Shown: one piece after another, positions 11,535 to 24,907 of the stretch | How the letters are laid out: each line of letters starts with the position of its first letter | How positions within the stretch are numbered: position 1 is the stretch's first letter | Assembly: GCA_973851085.1 (NCBI GenBank) | Contig: OZ316775.1 | Location: forward strand, 3,968,001-4,032,000 | DNA length: 64,000 nucleotides | DNA from: Ptychomitrium polyphyllum | Lineage: Eukaryota | Direction: 5' to 3' | Position numbers and translations under genes: made by a program | Notes under the pieces: model-generated | Seen by the model: the letters and a program-made list of their open reading frames with translations, nothing else | What the model was told of the DNA's origin: nothing | Databases searched by the model: none

Positions 11535-14500
11535 TCACCAGCATTTACTCGAGCGCTGAAAGACAGACAAACCACATGCATTCAACATACAACGTTTTCT
11601 CATGAATGTTCATAGAGCAATCGCTTCAGGCCAATGTAGTGAGAATCGATATCAGCTATACTTCTTTTCGTTTATGCATCAATTCATTACTCTATCAGTT
11701 TAGAGCCAAGTCTCTAGTGCTCATACCGTGCATTTGAATTCCTTCATACGCTCCAACAACTCATATAGCTCTTCTTGTTTTGACAATACAGATCGCAACG
11801 TCTATAGCAAGCTTCCCAAGTGAGTATCAGAAACACAAGATACTGCAATTGCTTAAGAAGCAAATAGAAGAAAATATTCGTACTTCAGAAAACTTTCCAT
11901 TGCATGTGCTATTCACAAATCATGTGGGTTTTTACAAGAGACTAGGTAAACGAAGAAGACCTTTATCAGTTACGAATACCATACTCGATTGCAAGTACAG
12001 ATTAGAACGTACCTTTCTAGTGTTTGCCAACTCTGTCTCAAGAATGCTGAGCTTTTGGATAGAACCCGTTACAGGCTGATCACTGTGCTTTGGTACTATC
12101 TCCTGTAATGGCTTCAATTTTCCAAGTTCCTGTTCTAAATGCGCTAACCTCCTTTGAAGGGGTTCATGTTCGTTACGCATCGTCATTGGGAAGCTGATCA
12201 GTCTAGCTAGACTAGAGAATATATTTACAATAAGTTGAAACGGGAACATTATCACTCCAACGACGAGTCTTATTCCTGATGTGATAGACCTCACCACACC
12301 ACCTAGGACGCCAATGCTTGGGTCCACTGCAAAGGATAGGTAGCAAAAGCATATGGGTAAGTATCAAGTGACTGGAAGCCTTCTATACTGATCTGTATAT
12401 ATTTACTAAAGTTGCAAACTGTTGATTTATTCTATCAATAAATATTTGGGAAAAATTCGTCAGACCAAGCTTTGATTGAGGAAGATGGGTACAAGCTCTT
12501 GGGATCTTACCATATGGAGAACCATCATTGTTATATGTACTATGTTCCGATCCTGCATCAGAGTGATCCTCCTGCCTTCACACATTATTGTGGTTGTGTA
12601 TGATTCAATACTATTAGCTTCGCAAGAGTGAAAACACTTCATTAAATATCTACACGTTAGAGGTATATGTCTGTACAAGAATTCGATATAACCAAATATA
12701 TTAGGTCTACATATCGTTACGTTCTGGAGGTATGTACTAGCACAGTTTCACATGGAATTTTTGAAACTCACGAGCTCATGAATAGGCTGAGGGGTCGATG
12801 TGTGGGATCCACTGACGCCAGTTTCGGGGTGAACCGCTACGTCAGCAGCTTCTTTGCCCTGCTGAAAGCAAGGGATCAAAGAACTAAGAAGTAACATCTA
12901 CCCAAATTACACTTCATTCTGGAAATATAATGGTCATGAGCATTTCAATTAAACGCGTTAACGTGATTGTCAGTATTAAGGTCCAAAGAAAGCATGGACA
13001 CGTTGTACATACCTTGGGATTTGTATGAGCTGAATCTTCTACTCTGTTATCATTGATAATAGATACAACTTTGGTTGCAGTTTTCAGATTTCCGTCCTTG
13101 ATGGCCTATAAAATAATGACCTTTCTTAAATATTTAGTGCCTCCTAAATTAACGGGTGGTTTGGAATGTTGTTTTATTGCTAGACTTCTCGAACCTCACC
13201 TGAACAATCTTTGGGTCTTTCCAAGGGCCCTTGTCCGACATCAAGCATCCGCCTTCCTCAGCGCAAGTACAAGTTCCGCCTAGAAATACTGGAAGTTGAC
13301 TGGCAGGAACTTGCATGTTCGCAACAGACGTGGGCATCAGTGTCAAGCTGAGTGAATAGGTTTACAGCAAAGTTATTGACATTGACGTTGACATTGGCAT
13401 GTTCTCGAAGGTTTTGGCTATCAATTCCATTGGAACATTGCCACATTTGAAAAAAAAGGGACATTGTTATTTTATTTCGCACGGATACATTTTAAGTAAT
13501 GCAGAAGCAGTGAAATTTTACCTTGGTTCAATAATATCCAGAAGCTTCGACTGATAACTGTTTCCAAGAACCTACACGTCAATGGAATACCAATTAAGCG
13601 AAAAAAGACTCGGGCTTGGGTTTGGTGAACGATCTACTTGAAAGAATCTTCAGCAAATTGAAGAGTCCTGTGGATTTATTCAATTACAGGTTGTGCATCT
13701 CGAATCAAGTTAGGCAGTTTTCGAAAATGGAAGCACAACTTGTAATTGCACAACATGAAAAGCGTATCAGGAAAGAAGGATGGAAGTCTCACATTAATTT
13801 TCACAGCAGTCTTGTTGTCAAGAAACCCCCTAATTGTGTTCCACAGTAGTCTAAATCCTGTACCTGCATTGATGATGAACATACGATGCAGTGTCTGCCA
13901 ACCACAACAGCTGTTCTTATTCAGGGAATGCAGATTGATAAACAGTAAATATAAGTAGCACAAGCCACATGCATCCAACCTATCAACATAAGAACTCACT
14001 TCAGGATAATTTGCTGAGTCTATCTTCTGAATAGCGGTCAACAACTCTCTTGCTTGTTTGCTAAAATTTCTCATACCCTGTGATTCAACAACCCCACAAA
14101 GCCATGTCGATTTGAATGACTCAAACTGAAAAGCGTTGTGAAACTTGAAGAACTTAGATTGAGGATACTTAATTACCACTCCTTCAACATCTATAATGGT
14201 TGTGGCTGAGTCAACATGATGTTTGGTTGCAAGCGAACAAGCCGCAAACTTGAGGTTGATAGTTCTTTCAAACTCAAGAACATGATATTTCAAATATCTC
14301 TCAAGGGTCGTGCACTCCATGAGCTTTTGTGCGTCCACTTTTCCAATCTGTTCAATATAGATAGGTCTTCCTTCTTTATCAATGCCGTGATGTCCTTGAG
14401 GATAGTATCTTCTAACAGCATCCAATTCAGTAAATTTAAAATCCTAAAGAACATCATTACCAAATGACAGAGAATTATCAGATTACACAAAATGCCCACT

Positions 14501-15141
14501 CTAAGCACAGGAGCAATTTGCTGTAGTTCAAATGGAATATAATCTTAGACAAAGATCGCGCTATATAGCAGAATACACAAGAGCATGGCACCAGGAATCA
14601 CAACCGTTTCAATAGTATCCGCTCCAAAGTCATGCCGCCACTGAAGCATTCCCTTCCACATTTCTTTCGCTTTATGTACGTCATACTTCCTGGCTTTGAG
14701 AAACCTACACAACACAAGAGTGCTCAAAGGCATGTCAACGGATCCTCATCTGACGATATACTTGTACCAATTTTATCCTTTCAAAGATTCGTGCAATGAA
14801 GTGTGAGAGCCAAGGCAAACCCTAGAATGTCAAATCAAGCCCACGAGATTTAAGTTTTAACTCTTGCAGTTTGATTAACAAAATGGTAGAGAAATGACTA
14901 CAAATGGTGTGTGAAAGTGGATTACGAACCGGAGGAGCATATGATAATCATCGAGGTGCTCGGGCAGACTGCGGTCGTTGATAAGTTTCTGCCGGAACTT
15001 TTCTACCACCCGCTGCTCTTGAAGCTCTCGCACATCCTCTACCTTTATAGGTGAGACTTGATTTTTGTGGTCTGAGCTCCTGTTCTTCTCACGATGCTTC
15101 TCACGATGCTTCTCTCGCTGCTTGTTAAATGCAGCCTTCAT
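11535..15141 (-). CDS. Sec14/CRAL-TRIO phosphatidylinositol transfer protein with C-terminal nodulin (Nlj16-like) coiled coil, SFH family; multi-exon
   Basis: Motifs [50 protein letters not shown] and [23 protein letters not shown]-terminal [30 protein letters not shown], and a final 21-nt exon (11555-11535) encoding RSSKCW*. The exact start could lie further upstream. Confidence 0.92.
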
Positions 15142-16464
15142 CTTTCTGCCACAAAACTTGAGCCCCTTGAATCCTCACCCTCACCTTCGTCCTTGAAAAT
15201 GTTGAATGCAGACGCATGCTTTCTGCTTTGCATGTAAGCCTAATGTCAAATAGTTCTTGGTCCCAAGAATTTGCTCCCACACCTCTTGCCAACCCCAATT
15301 CCTATACAATCCGCATACATCTTCAATGCGACATTTCGACATCCTTGCGATTAGACATGTGAAAGCACCTGCAGCAAATCACACGGATATCCCTAAGTTC
15401 AGAAAGATCGCTCCAAAGCGCTTCTCATACATGCCACCGAACTTTACATATCACAACCACCATTCATCTTTTAGGGCTTCCATGTCTGCCTTCTCACCAA
15501 ATCATCGCTTACGAAGCATTATGCCGCGCTTTCAGATCGTAAATGGACTTGATAATTGATGAAACTCGAGAGTCTCGTATCACATCCTGTAGAGTGGCCA
15601 TCAAAGTTTAGTACCAGCATACCCGGAAACCTTGCTCACACCTATTCCTTGTCTTTCAACATATAACACTAAAGCACATTGCTAAAACGGGTTCTGCTAG
15701 GACTCAGTATGACCCAGTTTCCTCGACCCCTGCAATGATTCTGTCGTAGCGCAAACGAGCAATTCAGTTGAACGGCCCTACACGATTGATGCGAATGTCT
15801 TCAAAGACCAAACTACCCAGAAAGAGGAGTCTCAGACAGAGCCTATCGCCTTGTCCATGTTTGAAAGCTATGCTCGAACCATGCTCAAACCACTTCAACA
15901 CACTCAAAAGGATATGCACAAGACAACAGTGGTGCTGAAATTAAGTGTGTCGTAGAATACCACTGCGCTGCTTATTAGTAGGAAAATGCAACCTTTTGGT
16001 CTTCTAGGTCTTTGATACAAAGAGAACCTGAAAAGCTGCCATCAAATGGTTGCAACTACTAACCATAACCAGTAGTCGCCACACCAATGTGTGTGCGTAG
16101 GGTTAGATATACGAAGTGCACCTAGACACACATTCAGACTCAGATTCCATCAAGCTTGAACAAAGTACTGTGAACTGGAAGCAGTAGTTGGTCGTAAGCA
16201 TCAAATTGCAAGTAGAAACTGTATATCATAATGGGAAAAACTTGTCCGCCACTTGCCCTCAAAGGCTGATATGATCTCCAACAAGTACTGATCCTTCTTT
16301 CTGTCTATATAAATTACACAGTTGTATTCAGGTAAACTCGACTTGCTCTGGACGTCGAGGTCACTACTTACAGCTAGACATGGAGCTAGAGTGTTATATT
16401 ACATACAGTCTGCACTTAAACTGTACTCCACTAGCAAAAGAAATGAAGCGTCACCACTTCCCCA

Positions 16465-17323
16465 TCAATGCAGCCTTCGCCAGGCCAGGCGGTGAAGAGC
16501 AGAGGCGGCCAACAGGGTGGACAGCGCCAGTAAGCCGAAGCCGATGAAGCTGGCGATGATGGCCCCTTGGGCATAGTCGCAGAACCGGGTCACGTAGTTA
16601 CAAAACGTGTTCCACCCTGCGTTGTTTTGGCCATTCCTAGCAATCATGGCCACCGCCAACGCTGCTGATGCTGCAGACATCAAAGCACATGCCGCAAGCT
16701 GCACACGGAACAGAACACATTCAGGGACCATGGAGTGATCAAACCAACAGCTGAGACACATATCTTACAGAACTCGAGAGAATTTGATCAACTCGTCCCG
16801 CTCTTTCTGGTTCACAAACTTGGAGTTGAACTCGTGCGTAATGTGATGCGAGTCATGGACTTACAAAGTCGACTAGAAACGTCAGCCATGCGCTCGGAGT
16901 GTAACTTAAAGGTCCTCTCCGTAAGATCAGAGAGCAGAAGGCCACCACAGCTGCAATGATCGAGTAGACGAACACCACGCTGTTCGCAATAATAAACCAC
17001 CTGCACCACAGGAAATTTTCAGACCAGATTCTAGGAAAGCATCGACTTATTTGCGAAATGAAGAAAACGAGCTCAAAGATGGTTGGCAACGGGACGCGCA
17101 CTTACTTGTAAGCAGGGTAATCTCTCCACCGACCCCGGAAGTAGCCATACGAAGTGCCACGGGTCTGCGTCGCCAGGAGCATCACCACCACCGCTGCTGC
17201 AGTAGCGCCCACCGTCAACAAGCGTAGTAGCAAGTTGAGGCCACTGTGGTAAGTGTGGTGCCTGTGGTGCCCGTCTTCATAGTATCCCTTACGAGGAACC
17301 ACCACCACTGGAGTATCAGACAT
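16465..17323 (-). CDS. CASP-like (DUF588/MARVEL) four-TM protein, 195 aa; exons 17323-17106, 17000-16865, 16698-16465
   Basis: LLLRLL..AAVVVM, YKWFIIANSVVFVYS, DF(L)AACALMSAASAA and WNTFC...RFCD motifs. The three GT-AG-bounded exons sum to 588 nt in frame. Confidence 0.93.
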
Positions 17324-17551
17324 GATTACTATCTGCTATGGCCCCCTGAAATCATCACCAGAATCACAAACATAAACAACAAATGATTAGTCACCTCCTC
17401 CAGAATTCTACAAAATCCTTCAACCTACAGAACTTTATACCGCCAACACCATAGCCACCAAGATACCAAATAACACAAAGACACAGGATAGTTTCTTAGG
17501 TTCTCACGAAGTAATCTAATGCAGATAAGCTCCAGAATCTCGATCAACGCT

Positions 17552-17631
17552 TGCAACCTGAGTGATGAGAGTGGATGTTCAAGCTCACTGCAACCTGAGT
17601 GATGAGAGTGGATGTTCAAGCTCACTGCAAC
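17552..17631. repeat. Tandem duplication, 37-bp unit x2+
   Basis: tgcaacctgagtgatgagagtggatgttcaagctcac at 17552 and 17589, partial at 17626. Confidence 0.95.
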
Positions 17632-19363
17632 TCAGTTGTGAACATGGCCTGATAATCTAACCAAGGACCTGTAAGTGCTCCTGCGGGCCCACAATAATTG
17701 TGGATCTACTTGACTGAGTTTACACCTCCTTCACCACCTGATTTTGTAGGAGGCAGGAGGAAATTGAGGCTTGCCCCAACGTTGGTGCCGGAACTGATTG
17801 AGGGAATTGTCAGAGCCGTCAACTTGATTCTGGAGGACCTCAGCTAGTGGAAGCAACTCTACCCCTTTATTCAGGTTTTTTTCCTGTGGACTCCTTGGAT
17901 TCTGCGGCATAGCTGGAGCATCCTGGAGGTAAACCTGGTAAACAAGTAAGATTGTGGTATCATGAGAGTGCCAAGTGTCTGTTATCGGTAATCTTGAGCG
18001 GCGTTTTTTTAAAATTACAGCTTCTGGTGTGCTTTCGCTTGGATTCCCTGACACCCTGAGAAAAGAACAATACAACTGTGATTGTACATTCTAGCTCTTT
18101 GTTGACATGGTCGCTCAAGGATTTAAGAAGTGGGGGCATAGTCAGTGTGGGTCTTCATGAGCCAACGATGCATGGGCTTTGTCGTGATGGAATGTTGCCG
18201 TTTGTGACAGGAAAATGGATATCATTTCAATGGACTGGAGTTTGCAGGTGAATGAGTTTCACAACGTGCGAGACAATGGGACTCAGCCTTGTAGTATTTT
18301 ATGATTTCTTAGAATTAAAGAGTATAATTTGTCTGGTGCTTCACTAACTTTCAGTTTACTTTCCTGACAACTCCCAGAGCCTACAAAATGTAAACGTAGG
18401 TTTAAACGATTGAAACGGATCAATGACTACAGTAGGAGCTCATTTCCCAAACATAGGCTGCCTTATCCCCAGATTTTCATCGTTTTCTATTGTGGTGGTC
18501 GATAAGCTTTGCATGCACGTAGGTTTTTATGAGTTGGCACTGCATGGCAAATGTGTCTCAATGGCTGTGGATAAACTGGAAACTATAAAGTGGTCTGAGA
18601 CTGTTTCGGGAACCGGGTTGATTTTAGGACAAGATATCGAAAAACTCCTGTAATTCAATATTGCCTCGATTGTAGAAAACTGGGACTTCCATTGTAGTCT
18701 GGAGTAGGCAAACAGGCTCAGTAACTTGGTGTTGGAGATTAGTGTGAAGCAATTACTCCAACCGCCAACTTTGAAGGACGATCAGAAGTGATCACATAAA
18801 AGACCATTTCAATCGTGTGGCAATAAAACCTCTAGCTCCAGTAGCGAAATTTCAGTTTTTTGCGCCAAAAAGGACCGTTAAAAAACAAACGGAACCAACG
18901 AACGGTCAGGAGTCTGAAGTCTGAAGGTTCACAATTAATGTTGTATTCACCAACATTAAACCACATAAGTTTAGTAGGTAATAAACTGTAATCATAGTTC
19001 GCTCATTTCTAACAACGAATCTTATCAAAATTTAGTCAATACATTGCTATATAAGTGTGCGGAAAGGAACTTCCCATGTCCCAGGGCTGAGCCCTTTGCC
19101 ACTAATAGCATCTTCACTATATAGCGTGATGCCAATCCCTTAGCTTTCATTTAGGCCTAAGGATTACCCCTGAATTGCCAGCTCCATGACATTAAAAAGT
19201 AGCACAAGACATTCGCGCCTGAACTCGACTCTAACTAGGGATTCGTTCCACTCAATAAGTAAACGCAGAAATTAGATCTTCCACGCAGGGTAACAGAAAG
19301 TAAATCCGGAACTAAGCAAAACTCACCGAAAACGAACTACATCTACTTCTACAAATAGATCCT

Positions 19364-22300
19364 CTAATCATCGAAGGTCATCTTCTTCCCCGTACCAACC
19401 AATGGTGCAGACGACCTTCCACCACCACGTCCTCCACGACCCCCACTGCGACCTCCGCGATCACCTCTACCTCCACTTCTGCCTCCAAATCCTGTCAATA
19501 AATCCATGCCACATTTCAGAACATTTGCAAGGAGTTACAATAAGGAAACCTAAATGCTCTTCCATCAAGAAGGCTGAACATATGCTGTCTAAGAAATTGG
19601 CTCCGACGTACCTCCTCTATCACCTCCGCGCCCTCCGCGCCCTCCGCGACCACCGAAACCACCCCTATCTCCACGGCCACCGCTGCGACCACCAAAACCT
19701 CCGCCGCCGCCACCACCACTAGGTACTCCACTGCTGGCCTCGTTCACCACAAGGCTACGACCATTGAAGTCTGATCCATCTAACTCGAAGGCCTTGTTCA
19801 ATTCATCCTTGCTTCCAAATTCAATGTAAGCAAACCTGTAGTATGGACAATAGAAGCCATCAGAAACCATTTGTTTTTCTGAACAAGACTATTGACAAAC
19901 TCACCAATAACTAACTCAGTTCAAGAATCACAGCAAGATACGCACCCCTTAATTTGTCCAGTCTCTCTGTCGGTAGGAATTCGAACGGTAACCACTTGGC
20001 CACACTCGCCGAAGTACTCCGTCAAGTTGTTCCGGATCTGTCAAAAACTCCCGAATCGGTGATACAGCTCGGACACAATATTTTGCAGTCAAACTATAAG
20101 AAGCTTTAATACGTAAAAGGCTGGAAAAATTCTTACCGAATCTTCATCTTGAAACTTATCGAAACCTCTGACAAAAGCAGTCGTGCCATCACCTGATCTG
20201 GCACGAGGAGTTCCTCCATTTGGCCTGAAATAATAGATACGATTAAAAAACGTTATTTAAAAACGCTATGCCTTTAAAGGAGCATATAAAAGTTTCACGA
20301 GTTCGTAGCAAAGAACAATGATGTAATTGTCGCACGTGAAAAAGGTCGAACAGATTCAAAGGGCAGTTAACTTACGTAGCGCCATATTCCTTGCCACCGC
20401 TTTGTGGGGCTGCTCCACGTTCACGGGCCAGGTCACAGAAAATCTCTCTCCCTTCCACATTCTGTCCGCTCTTCGACAAAGCATTCTGGGCACCCTCTGC
20501 AGTTTCAAACTCTACATGGCCAAATCCACGAGAACGACCATCCTCGTCCATTGCAATTCTCACATCTGAGACAGTACCCGCATCTGCAAAGAACTCGTAG
20601 CTGCCAAGGGAGGAAAAGGCTTAATTTAAAAGTATAACGACCAGAGTGGAATATCTAGTAACAAATAGAAGTTTGAACGGACACATCTCACTTACAGTGT
20701 GTCTTGGCTCACACCCCATGCCAAATTCTTCACAAAGACAGTTTTGCTACCTCCCGCAGCAGGTTGCTTAGCTGGGGTCTTGACCTGGATGAGGACAAGA
20801 ATAAAACATCAATACTGGATTAAGGAAGTTGTTGACAAAAGCATCAAAGCAATCTACTGAATCACAAGATAACTCATTAAGATACACACCTCCTCCTTCT
20901 CTTCTTCTTCGTCAGATTCCTCTTCATCGGAGCTTTCTTCCTTGGCTGCTGGCTTCGCAGCGGCCTTACCATTAGCAGGCTACATCAAGAAAAACAGATC
21001 AGTGAATGCAAACTCTTTCAAATTTGTGTAGGCCAAGTTTTCACTATAACCTGCGGAAAACGAACTCACCGAAATGATGTAAAGAAGAAATAGAAGCAAT
21101 ATACCTTGGCCTCCTCTTCACTCTCATCGCTGTCCTCCTCCTCGGAGCTGTCGTCATCGTCCTTCCCAGTGGTTTTCGCGACAACACCGTTCTTGATAGC
21201 GGGCTTAAGAGATTAACATGAAAAGACAAACGAGTAGCGAGAACGAAAATTAATCACTCATAGAACTAATTATTTCTAGAGCTCATTCTCAAAACTGGAG
21301 CCTCCTCATTGGTCTGATTAACAAGAACCACTAATGCTCCACACGACTTTCTATGTCTGAATCTACAGTCTGACGGGATAAGTCCAAACAAAGACGGGAT
21401 AAGTCCAAACAAAGACGGGATAAGTCCAAACAAAGACGGGATAAGTCCAAACAAAGACGGGATAAGTCCAAACTCAAACTTTAAACAATTAATTTCAAAT
21501 CAAAGCAATAAAATGGTAATGGAAATCATAAAGTTGATACAATTAGAAGCTTGACTACCTTCTCATCTTCCTCGTCGTCACTGTCATCCTCGTCGTCATC
21601 GCTGCTCTCTACTTTCTTGGCTGGAGCTTTGGCTGGAGTCTTGACAGCAGACTTAGCAGGAGCCTAAAAGAAACAGACAAATCTTATAAGAAAACAATGT
21701 GGGCAAAATATTAAAGAATCAAAAGCGCGTACGCCTAATTAAGCATGGAAATAAATTGATTTCAGTACCATGATTACTGATCCAGCTTCAGGTTCTGTGT
21801 TTAATTTATTTTCGTCAGCAATAATTTTATCATCCAATAATTTTAAGTCATTAAAACCAGCTTCTTCTGGTTCAGAGTTCATCGTCAGATATACTTATTC
21901 GTTCATTACATTAAGTTTTTCAAGTATCCAAACATAACGGAGGGAATATCAGACTGATAAAAGAGTCGAAGATTACGAGGCATGGTCAATTGATCAAGAA
22001 ACTCCTTAACTGAACAAAACGATCTCTAATTCTAGAACCAGAAAACGATATATACTAACGAAAACAAGTTTGTGTTGCTCAGCGGATTAACTAATAAGTC
22101 AGGATTGCGTCCGAATGCTCTAATCCAACAAATCCAGCTCACAGAAGACACTTAAAACTGTAGCCTCTACTCTTCATGGTCTTCAAATATTTTGTGGAGA
22201 ATCTTCTGTTTGACCAATTGACTCTGCATCATGCACTATTGTACACATGACTTGTATCCATAAGGGTGTAACAATCCATTTTGAACCGGGACACTGCTTA

Positions 22301-23788
22301 TCTAGTGAGATGCCTACTAGAACAAAGCTAAACAAACAATCTCCTTTACAGTCAAACCTCACCAATCGCTCACCACCTTCAGAATTTACTAGCATATTAG
22401 AGTATACTCCAACCTACAGAACATCATCCGAAGGGAGTATAAAACATACCGCATCTTCCATTTCGCTGTCTTCGTCAGACTCTTCTGAGCTACTTTCTTC
22501 CTTCTTGGCTGGAGCTTTGACAGCCTTGGCAGCAGGCTGCATTCACAATCCCAGTGGTAGTTCATGTTAGTTCCGATTTCTAAAGATCAGAAAGAGGTAT
22601 CCACATAACATATACCCGCAGGCACAGCCTGTAACCCCTTCGATGAGCCCGTCTAGACAAGAAAAATGTTGCAATTAACGATACCTTCACGTCCTCCTCA
22701 CTGTCATCGTCGCTGTCCTCTTCTTCAGAGCTGGACTCGACGGGTGCCTTGGCAGCTGGCTTACCATTCTTCACTGGCGCAACCTTAGCAGTAGGCATTT
22801 CCTCATCTTCGTCGGAAGATTCTTCCTCTGAACTGCTTTCCGGAGCTGCAGCCTTCACTGGGACAGCCTTCGCAGCAGGCTTGGTGGCGGGCTTAGCATT
22901 CTGTTAGTCATTTTTTCAATAAGAAAATATTAGAACCCTACCCAGTTTCAAATTTTAGTTAGAAAAGACAACAAGCTCAATAAAAACTCTGGCCCCTTCG
23001 ACGAATAAAATAGCTGATCTTGCTCGGGCGACTAGTGGAATACCTCTTCGTCAGATGATTCCTCCTCGCTGCTACTTTCAACCGGTGCCTTCTTGGCAAC
23101 AACCTTGGCAGGAGCTGCTTTCGCAGCCTTGGCTACCTGCTTGGGAGCCTGAAAAATGTACATGAACAATTCGGGATGAAAAAACCCTAGAGAAGAAACA
23201 CTGAGAAAAAGATCCTGCAAGAAATCCTAATGCCATCACAAGAAGGAGGATCACAGCTGCTGCGCACCTCTTCCTCATCCGAAGAAGACTCCTCCGAAGA
23301 GGACTCCACTTTTTTCGGAGGTGGAACGACCTTTTTCTCAGCCTTCGACTTCTTTGAAACAGGGGCAGCAACGGCCTCGTCTGGGGCTCTCTTGGCTGTT
23401 TCCAAAGATGGTCAGCGTAATACTAGCGAAACCAAGTTCGAATAACAAAACGTGAAAACTTCGAACCGTCCACACAATTCTGTAAAATCCACGCAACTCT
23501 AAAACCAAATGAGGAGGGACAGAAGCCTTATGAGTCGTTGTGCCCAACTTAAAGGCCAAAAGCTTTCATACCTGATTTTTTCTCTGCTTTAGCCACCACA
23601 GGTGCAGCGACCTGACAACACAAGAGAGGCAGCAGTGAGAAATAAAACAAAGTTTCCCCCAATTAGGACGTCTTTTTAAATTGAGTTTGTTTGAACTTCA
23701 CGGCTATAGAACGAAGTTAAAATTTTGCAGAGAACAAGATCAAGGAGTTACTCTCTACCTCCACGGATTGCTTCGACTTCTTGCCCAT
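19364..23788 (-). CDS. NUCL: Nucleolin (NUC-L/Nsr1-like): acidic repeats, two RRMs, GAR tail; multi-exon
   Basis: Starts MGKKSKQSVE; alternating K/A/P and S/E/D blocks; RRM RNP1 motifs RGFGHVEF and KGFAYIEF; RGG-rich tail ending GTGKKMTFDD*. Confidence 0.95.
21372..21473. repeat. Intronic minisatellite, 21-bp unit (GACGGGATAAGTCCAAACAAA) x~5
   Basis: Perfect copies at 21372, 21393, 21414 and 21435, partial at 21456; lies within a nucleolin intron. Confidence 0.97.
22376..22434 (-). ncRNA. Candidate intronic box C/D snoRNA in nucleolin intron
   Basis: Minus strand reads CCUU-CGGAUGA...UU-CUGA-AGG: terminal stem, C-like box with GAUGA core, and D box in K-turn geometry. No rRNA/snRNA target recognised. 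Confidence 0.25.
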
Positions 23789-24072
23789 TGTAGGTTAGAA
23801 TTTGACTCCCCAAAAACCTTTGGATTGACCTGGATTCACAAAGAAAGGTGAGCAACAGCGTTAAGCAAGAAAAGGTTTGAAGCACCCAGAGAGACGGACC
23901 AAAGCACACACGTCTGCTTATAACGGAGCACATCATGAAACCAAAACCTCGACCTTGAAAGGTCGATGCAACAGAACTGCGCAACAAAAACTGTCCAAGC
24001 AAGCTCCTCCTATCAGTTGTGCTACATCCCTTGAAACATAACAAGCACCAAACAAAACCGCATCCAATCCTA

Positions 24073-24907
24073 AAACCCTAGGTTTTGAACCCTGAAAGCC
24101 CCAACACCAAAAATGAAAGTTACGCAACAACTTCCACAAACTACTCAAAAGCCACTACTCCCACATCTAAAACACCCATAAACAAACAATAAACCACCCC
24201 AACTAACCACAACCAGAGACGAAAACCTCCACCCTTAAACCCTCAAAATTACAGCACAGCAAAAACCTCCTTCCCGAGCAGAAACAAAACCATCTCACCA
24301 CATTGCACTCAAAAATCCCACGCCAAGCCACAACTCCAAAACATATGCTAATCACAACCAATAAGCTTAAACCCTACCTTGAAACCTTCCCAGCCAGATG
24401 CCTTAAGCCCCTACCATGCAAACCATGTAAACCCCAGGAGAGAAAAGAGGAGGATGGCTGTGAAGCGACTCTAATATAGATTGGGAGGCATGCATGGGGA
24501 TGCGTGTTGCAACCAACCTGAGAGTGAGGGCAAGATGAGCGCAGCGACGGCCGAGCAAAGTGCCTCCTTTGCAAGGGTCTCTGATAGAGAGCTCGGAGAG
24601 ATGCAATAACGAAAGAGGGCCGTCTGTGCGAAGGCTCTCCACAAGAAACACCCTTTGCGCTTGGCGGCCGCCGCGACCTAAAGCCCAACGCATACCACAA
24701 AACCGCCATTCTCTAGCGGTAGTGTACATTTCGAATTGGAAATTCAATCCGTTTCTTAGATAATACTAACCAAGCACTTTCACTGTATCTGAAACCTGCA
24801 TCATCTATGAAGCTTTTTATTTATTGAAGGAGTTAAGTGTAGTCATCCGGTAGATGATGACGGTTATAAGCACAGCGACGCTTTTGGGTGTAGATGCCTT
24901 AGGGTTT
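24073..24907. promoter_or_regulatory. Telo-box (AAACCCTA) cluster in the nucleolin 5' region
   Basis: AAACCCTA near 24073 and 24369, TAGGGTTT near 24900, and a site-II-like AAGCCCA near 24681. Telo-boxes are established features of plant ribosome-biogenesis gene promoters. Confidence 0.6.

Noticed and set aside
17561..17600. GTGATGA and CTGA box C/D-like motifs
   Set aside because: They arise from the 37-bp tandem duplication, are too closely spaced, and are antisense to the CASPL transcript.
21266..21454. ORF with LFGLIPS repeats
   Set aside because: Translation of the intronic 21-bp minisatellite.
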